Counted from the first letter of the stretch, positions 53,805 to 63,704 are shown. The stretch is DNA of 64,000 nt from an uncultured Acidimicrobiia bacterium (GCA_963836205.1 CAWIIV010000015.1:320001-384000); one strand, 5' to 3'. Made by a program: numbers and translations. Notes: generated from the letters alone by a model not told the origin.

Positions 53805-54371
53805 TCAGTGAGAGCGCATTCCGGTGACGATAGTGGAATCGCTGTCGGGCAGCTCTAGCTGCCACGCGATTTCGAAGCCGACTCTCTCGAAGAATGAAAT
53901 ATTGTTCACATTAGTGGCCTCCAGGTAGACAGGCCTTCCTATGAAGTCAGACATAGACATGCGATTGAGGAGATACTCAGTTCCGAATCCCTGACCCTGC
54001 GATGTTTGCAGCACCAACATGTAGAAAAGGTATATCGGTCTTTCGAGTACGGGCAGTCGTGAGCCAATTGTCGCCAGCGCGTTATGAAACTCCTGGCGCA
54101 ACGACTCATCTACGATCTCACTCAGCAGTATCGCTTGGAACTCTGCTATCTCGTTATCAGTTAGCATTAATGTTTCGTCAGTAACCCAGATTGCTCTAAC
54201 AGATCCAACAAGCTCCAGGTTCGTTTCACCACAGCGGGCAAGAATGAAGCTGAATACTCGTTCTAAGAAGCTGGAGCGGCGAAGCCTATCTGGACAAAGA
54301 GCTCTAAAGAATGGGTCGTCATGAAAACCCGTGATGAACTCCCGGGTGACGCTTGGCCTTTTCTCGTTCAT
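53805..54371 (-). CDS. GNAT N-acetyltransferase
   Basis: FHDDP, QGQGFG, VYLEAT..NNISFFERVGF. Confidence 0.8.
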   Translation of the reverse strand: MNEKRPSVTREFITGFHDDPFFRALCPDRLRRSSFLERVFSFILARCGETNLELVGSVRAIWVTDETLMLTDNEIAEFQAILLSEIVDESLRQEFHNALATIGSRLPVLERPIYLFYMLVLQTSQGQGFGTEYLLNRMSMSDFIGRPVYLEATNVNNISFFERVGFEIAWQLELPDSDSTIVTGMRSH

Positions 54372-54841
54372 GTGAACGTAGTCGCCCCGACCTAACGGCT
54401 AGGAGGATCGCTAATTCGGCTCCTCCCGACCGTCGCCGAGAGCACACCACGACCTCGCCCTAGGAGTCTATCAATTGCCTTCGAAAAGGACACGTCCCAC
54501 GGGCAGCGTTGTCCCCCTGGTACAGGTTGACGCGAGAATCCGGCTCCGAGAGTCCTGCACTTCGCTGAGACTCCGAGTTCTCCCACGGGGTCCAACATTA
54601 ACGAGCACGACAGTGACATCAAAGCATCAGGATTGCATGCGAGGTAAGCGGCAGGTCTGCCCGCAGGGGGCGCCGTGGATCAGCAGTGGTGCCAGCCGCA
54701 CGCCACGGCGGGCCGGGAACGCGTGAACACAACGCCGATCACAGGTTCGGTCGTCATCGGAGTAGTGGGAGTTGCGCAGCGTTTGGGCCCAGAGCGCCGG
54801 CGTCACCCGTGCGGCTCCACCTCGCCCCGGATCCCTGGAAG

Positions 54842-55414
54842 TCACTCCGGCAGTTTGAGCTCGCCCTCTCCGGCCTCGGCGTGGCGGGGCACCGCCTTTT
54901 CGGCAGCGGTCTCGGCCTCCTGCTCGAAACGGTCTTCTGGGTCGCTGACCTGGATGCCGCCCGGAGCAGCCTTGCCATCCACCGGGCCCGTCTTTTGTTG
55001 GACGACGTGGGTCAGCTCGTGGGCGATGGTCTTTTGGCCGGCCGGGCTGCTCGGGTCGTAGCGGCCTGATCCGAAGACGATCTCGTTGCCGACGGTGTAG
55101 GCGTGGGCGCCCACGGCCGCGGCCGTCTCCGATGCCGGGCCGTTCGTGTGGAGGCGGACGTCCCCGAAATCGTGGCCCAATCGCGACTCCATATGGCCCC
55201 GTAGCGCCGCGTCCATCGGGCTGCCTCCACCGCGGCCGATGACGTCGAGGACGGGCGACGCCGGCTCCCCATTGGCCAGGAACTCGGTCGTCGCCTGGTT
55301 CCCGGCAGTGCGCTGGAGGTCCAATAGGCCCTCCCCCGGCGTCTGCCCCGGCGGGGAAACATCGGGGCGGTCATCGACATCGACGAACGACCAGTCCTCC
55401 GCGTAGCCGTGCAC
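54842..55414 (-). CDS. Stand-alone DUF4157 (eCIS core domain) protein
   Basis: LQRTAGN, DFGDVRLHT, AHAYTVG, AHELTHVVQQ, DRFEQEA. Confidence 0.9.
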   Translation of the reverse strand: MHGYAEDWSFVDVDDRPDVSPPGQTPGEGLLDLQRTAGNQATTEFLANGEPASPVLDVIGRGGGSPMDAALRGHMESRLGHDFGDVRLHTNGPASETAAAVGAHAYTVGNEIVFGSGRYDPSSPAGQKTIAHELTHVVQQKTGPVDGKAAPGGIQVSDPEDRFEQEAETAAEKAVPRHAEAGEGELKLPE

Positions 55415-55579
55415 GGGCTACATCCTCCGCGCCGCAGGCTCGGGCCTGGCAAGGACTTGTCGGATGCCCGAATGGGCAGGGCGTGCTGCCCCCCCGGCGG
55501 GCCGACTGGCGCTGTCGAGTCACCGGCACGGGCGCCACCCTTCTGGGCGAGATCTCCGCTCTGGCCCGAGGAGGCCCCT

Positions 55580-57091
55580 ATGCCTCAGTACCTGTCGCCC
55601 GGCGTCTACGTCGAGGAGGTCGAGTCCGGCTCCCGGCCCATCGAGGGCGTCGGCACCGCAGTCGCCGGGTTCGTCGGCCTTGCGTCCCGCGGGCCGGCCA
55701 ACGAGCCCAAGCTGATCACCAACTGGAGCCAGTTCACCCAGACGTTCGGGGACTTCACCGAGGGCACATTCCTGGCCCAGGCCGTCTACGGGTTCTTCCT
55801 CAACGGCGGGGGTAGCTGCTACGTCGTCCGCATCGAGGGCGACGGCGTGTCGCCCGTGGCTCGGGCCGAGCTCGGCAGCGGTGCCGACGGCAAGGTCGGC
55901 GCCTACCAGGTCACCGCCATCGAGCCCGGCGCGGCCGGCAACGACATCGCCGTCGAGGTCCAGCACGGCGACGACGAGGCCTTCAACCTGGTGGTCACCC
56001 GGGGCGACAAGACCGAGGAGTTCAGCGGGCTGAGCGTGAAGCGGGGCCGTCAGAACGCGGCCACCGTGGTCAACGCCCAGTCCCAGCTCATCCGGTTGGA
56101 GGCGGTGACCGACGGCAGCCCCATCGAGCGCCCTGCGGCAGGCCGCACCAGCTTGGCCGGCGGCGGTGCCAACTCCGCCGCCCGGCTGAGCGCGGAGGAC
56201 TACGTGGGCGACGCTGCCGATCGCACCGGCTTCGCCGGCCTGGAGGCGATCGACGAGGTCACCATGCTCGCCGTTCCCGATCTGATGGCGGCCTACCAGA
56301 AGGGGATGGTCGACCTCGACGGAGTGCAGGCGGTGCAGCTGGCGATGATCGCCCACTGCGAGCTCATGGGCGACCGGGTCGCGATCCTCGACCCTCCCCC
56401 CGGCCTCAACGCCCAGCAGGTCCACGAGTGGCGGGTGGAGAAGGTCGGCTACGACTCGAAGTACGCCACCCTCTACTGGCCGTGGGTCAAGGTCTTCGAC
56501 CCCGCCAACGGGCAGAACACACTCGTCCCGCCCAGCGGCTACGTGGCCGGGATCTGGGGCCGGAGCGACGACAGCCGGGGCGTGCACAAGGCGCCCGCCA
56601 ACGAGACCGTCCGCGGCGCCCTCGGCCTCGAGATCCAGATCACCAAGGGCGAGCACGACCTGCTCAACCCGGTCGGTATCAACTGCATCCGGGCGTTCCC
56701 GGGCCGGGGGATCAGGGTGTGGGGAGCGCGCACGCTGTCGAGCGACCCCGCGTGGAGGTACGTGAACATCCGCCGGCTGTTCAACTACCTGGAGGAGTCG
56801 ATCCTCGGCGGCACCCAGTGGGCCGTCTTCGAGCCCAACGACCGTGCCCTCTGGGCTCGGCTGCGGCGGTCGATCCAGGCCTTCCTCGTGACCGAGTGGC
56901 GCAAGGGCGCTCTGTTCGGGCTGACTCCGGACGAGGCCTTCTACGTGAAGTGCGACGACGAGACCAACCCTGCAGAGACCATCGACCTCGGCCAGGTGGT
57001 GTGCGAGATCGGCGTCGCCCCGGTGAAGCCGGCCGAGTTCGTGGTGTTCCGCCTCTCGCAGTACTCCGGCGGCGCCAGCCTCGTCGAATAG
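55580..57091 (+). CDS. Contractile tail sheath protein
   Basis: YLSPGVYVEE, FFLNGG, YWPW, GVHKAPAN, VWGART, VFEPN, PVKPAEFV. Confidence 0.96.
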   Translation: MPQYLSPGVYVEEVESGSRPIEGVGTAVAGFVGLASRGPANEPKLITNWSQFTQTFGDFTEGTFLAQAVYGFFLNGGGSCYVVRIEGDGVSPVARAELGSGADGKVGAYQVTAIEPGAAGNDIAVEVQHGDDEAFNLVVTRGDKTEEFSGLSVKRGRQNAATVVNAQSQLIRLEAVTDGSPIERPAAGRTSLAGGGANSAARLSAEDYVGDAADRTGFAGLEAIDEVTMLAVPDLMAAYQKGMVDLDGVQAVQLAMIAHCELMGDRVAILDPPPGLNAQQVHEWRVEKVGYDSKYATLYWPWVKVFDPANGQNTLVPPSGYVAGIWGRSDDSRGVHKAPANETVRGALGLEIQITKGEHDLLNPVGINCIRAFPGRGIRVWGARTLSSDPAWRYVNIRRLFNYLEESILGGTQWAVFEPNDRALWARLRRSIQAFLVTEWRKGALFGLTPDEAFYVKCDDETNPAETIDLGQVVCEIGVAPVKPAEFVVFRLSQYSGGASLVE

Positions 57092-57138
57092 TCCGCCGCC
57101 CAAGAAGCCCCGCGTAAGCCCTCAGGAGGTACCCAGCC

Positions 57139-57585
57139 ATGGCTCTGGAAGCCAGCGACAGCGCCGTCGGCCACTCGTTCGGTCTCGAGTTCGACGGCAT
57201 CACCATCACCGAGATCTCCGAGGTGACCGGCCTCAAGATGGACCAGGACGTCATCGAGTACAAGCACAACACACCCGACGGCAAGTACCTGGTGAAGAAG
57301 CTGCCGGGCCGGCCCAAGCCGGGCGAGGTCACCCTGGTCCGGGGCCTGACGGGCGACAACAGCTTCGACACCTGGATCAAGAACTGCCAGTTCGGGCGCA
57401 TGGGCGACGCCCGCAAGGGTGGGGCCATCATCGTCTTCGACTTCGAGGGCAACCCCATCAAGCGCTATAACCTGGAGAACGCCTGGCCCAAGGGCCTCGA
57501 GGTGAGTGGGCTGAAGGCGGGCGACACGTCGGTGCTCACCGAGAAGCTCACCATCACCTACGAGGCGATGGCGCCCGAGGCATGA
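57139..57585 (+). CDS. Tail tube protein (gp19-like)
   Basis: FGLEFDG, KKLPGRPK, RGLT, NAWPK. Confidence 0.93.
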   Translation: MALEASDSAVGHSFGLEFDGITITEISEVTGLKMDQDVIEYKHNTPDGKYLVKKLPGRPKPGEVTLVRGLTGDNSFDTWIKNCQFGRMGDARKGGAIIVFDFEGNPIKRYNLENAWPKGLEVSGLKAGDTSVLTEKLTITYEAMAPEA

Positions 57586-58022
57586 GAAGGGACGCCGGCG
57601 CCCAGGCCACCCGCGAGCGGCCGGCGGGCGAGGGCGGGGGCGGGGTCGAGGCGCTCAAGACCGAGTTCGAGTTCGAGTTGCCCCGCGGGTACGTCGACTC
57701 GACCGGTGCCCTGCACCGGCGAGGGTCGATGCGCCTGGCGACGGCGCGGGACGAGCTGCTCCCCCTCCACGACGACCGCGTCCGCCAGAACCCGGCCTAT
57801 CTCACCGTGGTACTACTGGCCCGGGTGGTGACCCGGTTGGGGACGCTCACCGACGTCCACGCCGGGGTCATGGAGAACCTCTTCGCCTCCGACCTGGCCT
57901 TTCTGCAGGATCTCTACCGCCGGGTCAACCAGGAGGGCCACACCCGGGCCGCGGTCACCTGCCCGTCGTGCAACCACCAGTTCGCCGTCGACGTGGCCGG
58001 TAGCCGCCTGGGGGAACCGTGA
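57582..58022 (+). CDS. Tail assembly chaperone-like protein
   Basis: FELPRGYVD, MRLATARDE, DLAFLQDLYRRVN, CPSC. Confidence 0.8.
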   Translation: MRRDAGAQATRERPAGEGGGGVEALKTEFEFELPRGYVDSTGALHRRGSMRLATARDELLPLHDDRVRQNPAYLTVVLLARVVTRLGTLTDVHAGVMENLFASDLAFLQDLYRRVNQEGHTRAAVTCPSCNHQFAVDVAGSRLGEP

Positions 58023-58171
58023 CGTACGGGGCCGAACGGCTCTACGAGGAGGCCGCGTACGTCGCCTTCCACTTCCACTGGTCGCTCGACGACATCCTCG
58101 ACCTCGAGCACCACCTCCGTCGCCGGTTCGTCGGCGAGATCGAGCGCCTCCGGCAGCCAGGCGGGCGGTGA
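58019..58171 (+). CDS. DUF6760 family small protein
   Basis: LYEEAAYVAFHFHWSLDDILDLEH; below the ORF-track size cutoff. Confidence 0.85.
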   Translation: MTYGAERLYEEAAYVAFHFHWSLDDILDLEHHLRRRFVGEIERLRQPGGR

Positions 58172-60026
58172 CGGCCGTGTGGCCCTTTCGTCGCCACCGG
58201 TCATCCGTCGCCTGGTGCGCAGGCGGGAACGCCCGGGGAGCCGGCCGTCCACCGGGCCGAGTGGCGCGGGCTGCCGCCGATCCAACGGATGGTGACGCCG
58301 GTGGCGGGCACGTTCGGGACCACGTTCCTTCGAGACGGGCCTCGACCTCCCGTCGGAGCCCGGCCCTCGTCGGGCCCCTGGGCCACTTCGTCGCACCCGA
58401 CGCAGCCGGCGGAACGTTCGAGGTGGCGGCGCGACCGGCAGGCCGACGCACCTTCCCGCCACCCGCCGGCCTGGTGATTCCTCCGAGCGACGGCGAGCCC
58501 GTGCGTGAGCTCGCCCCCACGCCGACGCCGGCTGCACCACCTGGGCCCACTGACGCTGGTCTCGGCGCCGCGTCCCGTGATGCTCCAACGTCAGGCTGCG
58601 CTCGATCCGACGCCTCCTCCGCCTCCTCCTCCGGGCACGGATGCGGTCGGGACGGTGGGCACGGAACCGAGTCGTCGGCTCGAACTGACTCGACGGCCCA
58701 CGCCACCGGCCGCGCCCCACGTCCCGCCGACGGCCGCGGCACCGGTCCCGAAACCGGCGGAAGCGCCACTGCGGCCGGGACTGGGACGGGCGTTGCCTCC
58801 GGGTGTGAGCCGCCTGCCGGTCGTCCAACGGGCGAGCGTGCCACCCGGGGAGGCGCCGGGGGCGACGCTCGGGGCGGCGGGTCGGCCGGTCCCACCGTCG
58901 CCGTCCGAATGGTCCGAGCCCCACTCCCCGGCAGGTACGCCACGTATGGGCGCGGCGGGGGCGCCCGCCCCTCCCGTGGATCCCGGCGACGCCGAGGTCG
59001 CCCCCCTGGTCGGGCTCCGCCGACTGCCGATCACCGAGCACCGCCCGCACGACGGGCCGGTGACCGACCGGGGCTTGCCGGCGGACACTTCGATGCCGCG
59101 CCTGACCTCGTTGGTGACCGCTCCCGATCCCCATGGCCGCCACTCGGAGATGGAACCTCTCACCGGCAACCATCCAGCGCGGCCCCGAGTGTGGCCGACG
59201 CCACCGTCGCTCCCCTGGTGGCCGACCGAGGCCTGCTCAGCCGCCGGCACCGCTCGTCTCGGGCGCAGGGTCAGGCTGGCCGGCACCGCCTCGGGCGTCG
59301 ACAACCCGAACGAAGGGCCGGAGTGGCCCCCCAGAGGGACCACTCGCGCCATCTGTTCGGGCCCGGGGCACGGCCGCCGAGTCGCCGACGGCGGACTCGT
59401 CGACGCGGTCCGGGGTGCCGCTGACCCTCCAGCGGATGCGGGATACCTCCACCCAGGCCACCCGTGCCGCCACCCGGCGGACGGATACGCCGGACGCAGG
59501 CGCAGTCGGTTTCGTGGACGCGGGCTCGGTTGCGGTGGCTGCGGGCCTGGCGCATCGGGCGCCGGACGGGTCGGTCGTCTTCGGGCCGCCCGTGACCGCC
59601 CGGCCGGGCCTCGGCCCAACCTCGCCGGCCGGCGCCGCCCCGAGCCGGCCGGCGCCGAGCAGGGCCGCCGGCCCGCCGCCGGTCGTGCAACGGGTGCTCG
59701 ACGACGCGGCGCCCCCCTCGACCGAGCCTCCCGCGCCCACGATGGCCGAGCCCAGGACCGAGGCGTTCGCCCCTCCGGCCGGTCCGGGCCCGGGTGGCCC
59801 GAACCCGGGCGTCCCGGCCCAGGAGACCCCCGCCCCCCCGACCCCCGCGGCCCCGACTCCGGCGACCCCCACGGCCGCCGCGACCGCGGCGGCCGCCATG
59901 TCCGACCGGGACGTCGACCGCCTCGCCCGCCGCCTGTACCCCCGGCTCCGGGACCACCTGCGGGGCGAGTTGCGACTCGACCGTGAACGGCTCGGGCGGG
60001 CGTCCGACCTGGGCCTGCGGAACTGA
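58168..60026 (+). CDS. Pro/Ala-rich eCIS protein (tape-measure position), multiply frameshifted
   Basis: WRGLPPIQR and LGH near the N-terminus, repeated VQR/LQR, C-terminal DRLARRLY...LRGELRLDRERLG. Confidence 0.6.
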
Positions 60027-60029
60027 GCG

Positions 60030-60479
60030 ATGGCCGACTACGAGTCGTACCCGCCCACGACCGTCCACTTCAGCGTGGAGATCGACGACCAGGACCTGGG
60101 CGTGTTCACCGCCTGTGAGGGTCTCGGCTGCGAGGTCGTCATCGAGCAGCGGGCCGAGGGCGGGAACAACGCCTTCATGCACCAGTTCACGGGGCGGGTC
60201 AAGTACTCCAACGTCAAGCTCACCCGGCCCATCAACGGCGACTCGGCGAAGGTGGCGGCCTGGTTCGCCAAGCTGGCCGTCAACCAGGTCGAGCGACCGA
60301 CGGCCACCATCTCCGCCCTCGACCCCGACGGCCAAACCATCATCGCCAAGTGGGAGCTGCAGGAGGTCATACCGGTCCGTTGGCAGGGCCCGTCGTTCAA
60401 CATCGAGGGTCCCAAGGTGGCCACCGAGATGTTGGAGCTGGCCCACCACGGGTTCGGCCCGGGCGCGGCCGCGCCATGA
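60030..60479 (+). CDS. Second tube protein (tube initiator-like)
   Basis: FTACEGL, EGGNN, KLTRP, PVRWQGP, ELAHHG. Confidence 0.9.
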   Translation: MADYESYPPTTVHFSVEIDDQDLGVFTACEGLGCEVVIEQRAEGGNNAFMHQFTGRVKYSNVKLTRPINGDSAKVAAWFAKLAVNQVERPTATISALDPDGQTIIAKWELQEVIPVRWQGPSFNIEGPKVATEMLELAHHGFGPGAAAP

Positions 60480-61171
60480 GTCCCCCGACGAGGGCGACGA
60501 TCACCGTCACCACGCCCTCGGTGCAGCAGGGCCAGGCGAGCAAGGGCCCGACGGTGGAGACGTTCGAGGTGCAGTTCAACCCCAGCGAGTACGTCATCTC
60601 CAAGTCGGCGACGTGGGACCACAAGCCGTCGACCAGCGCCGCCAACACGACCATGCCCCAGTTCATGGGGGCCAACAGCGCCGAGCTGACCTTCGAGCTC
60701 TTCCTCGACGCGACCCAGACCAAGCCCGCCGACCTGGTCAAGACCGTCGACACCCTGTTCTTCTGTTGCTCGCCGCTGGTGAAGACCAAGCAGCAGAAGA
60801 AGCCGTCGGCCCCCTTCGTCGTGCTCGAGTGGGGCCAGCTCAAGTTCACCGGCAACGTCAAGAGCGTGGCCGCCAAGTACACCCTCTTCAACGAGAAGGG
60901 TGAGCCCCTCCGGGCCACCTGCAACGTCACCCTCCAGGAGCTGCCGACGGGCAAGCCCTTCACCAACCCCACCTCGGGCGGGCGGGAACCCACCACCAGT
61001 CACCGGGTGGTGGCCGGCGACACCCTGGCCTCGATCGCCTGGGCCGAGTACCAGGACCCCACCATGTGGCGACACGTGGCCGCGGCCAACGGCATCGACG
61101 ACCCCCTCCGCCTCCGGGAGGGGACGATGATCCTCGTCCCGTCCCCCGACGCCGACGACGAGGCCCGGTGA
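60476..61171 (+). CDS. CIS tube/LysM protein (Afp7/Pvc7-like)
   Basis: QFNPSEY, LEWG, NPTSG, GDTLASIA...WRHVAAANGIDDP. Confidence 0.9.
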   Translation: MSPPTRATITVTTPSVQQGQASKGPTVETFEVQFNPSEYVISKSATWDHKPSTSAANTTMPQFMGANSAELTFELFLDATQTKPADLVKTVDTLFFCCSPLVKTKQQKKPSAPFVVLEWGQLKFTGNVKSVAAKYTLFNEKGEPLRATCNVTLQELPTGKPFTNPTSGGREPTTSHRVVAGDTLASIAWAEYQDPTMWRHVAAANGIDDPLRLREGTMILVPSPDADDEAR

Positions 61172-61183
61172 CAGGGTGAGCCA

Positions 61184-62893
61184 GTGAGCCAGGCCCACAC
61201 GAGCAAGTTCGAGGTCTCGGTCGACGGCCGGCCGCTGCCCTCGCACCTCGACGCCGCCCTCCTCCGATTGACGGCGGAGAGCAGCGTGAAGCTGCCCGAC
61301 AGCTTCTCGCTCGCCTTCCGGGACCCCAATCGCGACGTGCTCGACGCGGCCAAGGTGAAGATCGGGTCGAAGGTCGACGTCCGGGTCTTCTCCGACAGCG
61401 CGCCCCAGGGTCAGAAGCTCGTGAGCGGCGAGGTCACCGCCCTGGAGGCGGAGCTCGACTCGGAGGCCACCACGACCGTCGTGAGGGGCCTCGACCTCTC
61501 CCACCGGCTGTTCCGCAACCGGGCCACCGAGACCTACACCAACGTCACCTATGCCGACGTCGCCGGCAAAGTGGCCCGCCGGGCCGGCCTGGAGACGGGG
61601 ATGATCGACGCGACCAAGACCGTCCACGACCACGTGTCGCAGGGCAACGTGACCGACTGGGACTTCCTCACCGGACTGGCCCGGGAGGTTGGATTTCACG
61701 TCGGGGTCGTCGACGGCAAGTTCGTGTTCCGCAAGCCGATCGACGCCGCCACCGGGCCCCAGGACGGCACCTACACGTCGCAGGACCCGCTCCAACTGGT
61801 GATGGGCAAGGACCTCCTGCGCTTCCGGGCCATCGTGCGGTCGAGCGAGCAGGTGGAGGAGGTGCAGGTCCGGGGGTGGGACATGCGCCAGAAGCGGGCC
61901 GTGGTGGGCACCGCCCCCGCGGCCACCGCCAGCGCGACCATCGGCACCACGCCCAAGGAGCTGGCCGGCCGGTTCGGCGGGCGGTCATACGTCGGCGTCG
62001 ACGTGCCCTATCACGAGCAGAGCGAGGTGGACGCGGCGGCCGCGGCCCTGGCCGAGGACATCGCCAGCTCCTTTGCCGAGTTCGAGGGTGTGGCGCGGGG
62101 CAACCCCCACATCCGGGCCGGGAGGGCGGTGAGCCTGTCTCTGGTGAAAGCGCCCTTCGACGGCCAGTACAGCGTGACCAGCAGCCGCCACACCTACGAC
62201 ACCGAGACGGGCTACACGGTGGCCTTCACCGTCAGCGGCAGCCAGGACCGGTCGCTCTACGGGCTGGTGGCCAACGGCTCGTCCCGCGGCATCAGGGGTG
62301 TCTGCACCGCCATCGTCACCGACGTCAACGACCCCGAGGGGATGTGCCGGGTCAAGCTCAAGTTCCCCTGGCTGTCGGAGAGCTACGTCAGCGACTGGGC
62401 CCGGACGGTGCAGCTGTGCGCGGGCCGGTCCCGCGGCGGCGTGATGCTCCCCGAGGTCAACGACGAGGTGCTCGTCGCCTTCGACCAGGGCGACCTGCGG
62501 CGGCCCTTTGTCCTTGGCGCCCTCCACAACGGGATGGACAAGCCCGAGCTCGGCGACGACCTCGTCGATCCATCGACGGGTGAGGTGCGGCGGCGGGGGT
62601 TCATCTCCAAGAAGGGCGGTGGCCTGGTCTTTCTCGACGACGACGGCCAGGAGGGCGTCACCCTGTTCACCGGCGACCACCAGCTGCGCCTCGCCCTCAA
62701 CAAGTCGGACACCACGATCAAGGTCGACAGCAACGGGAACGTGGAGATCACCGCGGCCAAGGACGTGACGATCAAGGCCGGCAACGCCCTGGCCCTGGAA
62801 GCGGGCGCGTCGATCCAGCTCAAGGCGGGCACCATCTCCATCGAGGGCAGCGGGCCGGTGTCCGTCAAGGGCCAGCCGGTCCGGCTGAATTAG
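61184..62893 (+). CDS. vgrG: VgrG-like spike protein
   Basis: TDWDFL..LA, RVKLKFPW, WAR, LPEVNDEVLVAF..GD...PFVLG. Confidence 0.93.
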   Translation: MSQAHTSKFEVSVDGRPLPSHLDAALLRLTAESSVKLPDSFSLAFRDPNRDVLDAAKVKIGSKVDVRVFSDSAPQGQKLVSGEVTALEAELDSEATTTVVRGLDLSHRLFRNRATETYTNVTYADVAGKVARRAGLETGMIDATKTVHDHVSQGNVTDWDFLTGLAREVGFHVGVVDGKFVFRKPIDAATGPQDGTYTSQDPLQLVMGKDLLRFRAIVRSSEQVEEVQVRGWDMRQKRAVVGTAPAATASATIGTTPKELAGRFGGRSYVGVDVPYHEQSEVDAAAAALAEDIASSFAEFEGVARGNPHIRAGRAVSLSLVKAPFDGQYSVTSSRHTYDTETGYTVAFTVSGSQDRSLYGLVANGSSRGIRGVCTAIVTDVNDPEGMCRVKLKFPWLSESYVSDWARTVQLCAGRSRGGVMLPEVNDEVLVAFDQGDLRRPFVLGALHNGMDKPELGDDLVDPSTGEVRRRGFISKKGGGLVFLDDDGQEGVTLFTGDHQLRLALNKSDTTIKVDSNGNVEITAAKDVTIKAGNALALEAGASIQLKAGTISIEGSGPVSVKGQPVRLN

Positions 62894-62910
62894 GGCCAGG
62901 GACGCTGACG

Positions 62911-63306
62911 ATGCCGGGGCCGGCCGCAGTGCTGGGCGACAAGGTGACCGGGGTGTGCGGCACCCACCTGATACCGGGGGCGTTCGGGAGTCCTCAGCCC
63001 AGCCCGCCGGTGCCGTTCTCCGCCCCCCTGACCGTGGGGTTGGCCATGACCGTGCTCATCGGGGGCCAGCCGGCGGCGGTCGTGGGGTCGTCGGGCCTCA
63101 ACCTGCCGCCCCACGTCGGCCTGCATCCCACCGATCCCCATCTGGCCCCGCCCGTCCAGCAGGGCACGGTGGTGGCCGGTGTGCCCAACGTGCTGTTCGA
63201 AGGCCGGCCCGCGGCAGCGACCGGGTCGGCCTGCACCATCTGCTTCGGCCTGCCCGGCGCCCTCGTGGGGTCGGCGGCCACGGTCTTGATCGGAACGGGC
63301 GGATGA
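62911..63306 (+). CDS. PAAR-like spike tip protein
   Basis: PAAVLGD, GQPAA, GRPAA, Cys/His residues. Confidence 0.85.
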   Translation: MPGPAAVLGDKVTGVCGTHLIPGAFGSPQPSPPVPFSAPLTVGLAMTVLIGGQPAAVVGSSGLNLPPHVGLHPTDPHLAPPVQQGTVVAGVPNVLFEGRPAAATGSACTICFGLPGALVGSAATVLIGTGG

Positions 63307-63704
63307 GCGACGACTTCATCGGGGCCGGGGTCGCGTTCCCTCTCCACACCGACGCCACCGGCGGCGTGGCCCTGGTGTCGCGCGACCGGGAGCTGCGGGA
63401 GGCCATCGCCATCATCCTGGGGACGGCGTTCGGCGAGCGGCCCATGCGGCCCCAGTTCGGGTGCGGGATCCACGACTACGTCTTCGCCCCCGCCAACGCC
63501 GCCACCGCCAGCCGCCTCGGGCACGAGGTCACCGAGGCCCTCGGCCGCTGGGAGCCGCGGATCGACGTGACCGGAGTGGACGTGTCGCTCGACGAGCGCC
63601 AGACGACCTTCTACATCGACATCAGCTACACCGTCCGCGCCACCAACGATCCCCGCAACCTCGTCTTCCCGTTCTACGTGATCCCGGCCGAGGAGACCCC
63701 GTGA
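63303..63704 (+). CDS. gp25/GPW baseplate protein
   Basis: GERPMRPQFGC, WEPRI, NLVFPFY. Confidence 0.93.
   Translation: MSDDFIGAGVAFPLHTDATGGVALVSRDRELREAIAIILGTAFGERPMRPQFGCGIHDYVFAPANAATASRLGHEVTEALGRWEPRIDVTGVDVSLDERQTTFYIDISYTVRATNDPRNLVFPFYVIPAEETP

Noticed and set aside
54392-54845. Short ORFs at the right edge of the island
   Set aside because: No motifs or clear RBS; likely non-coding or remnant.
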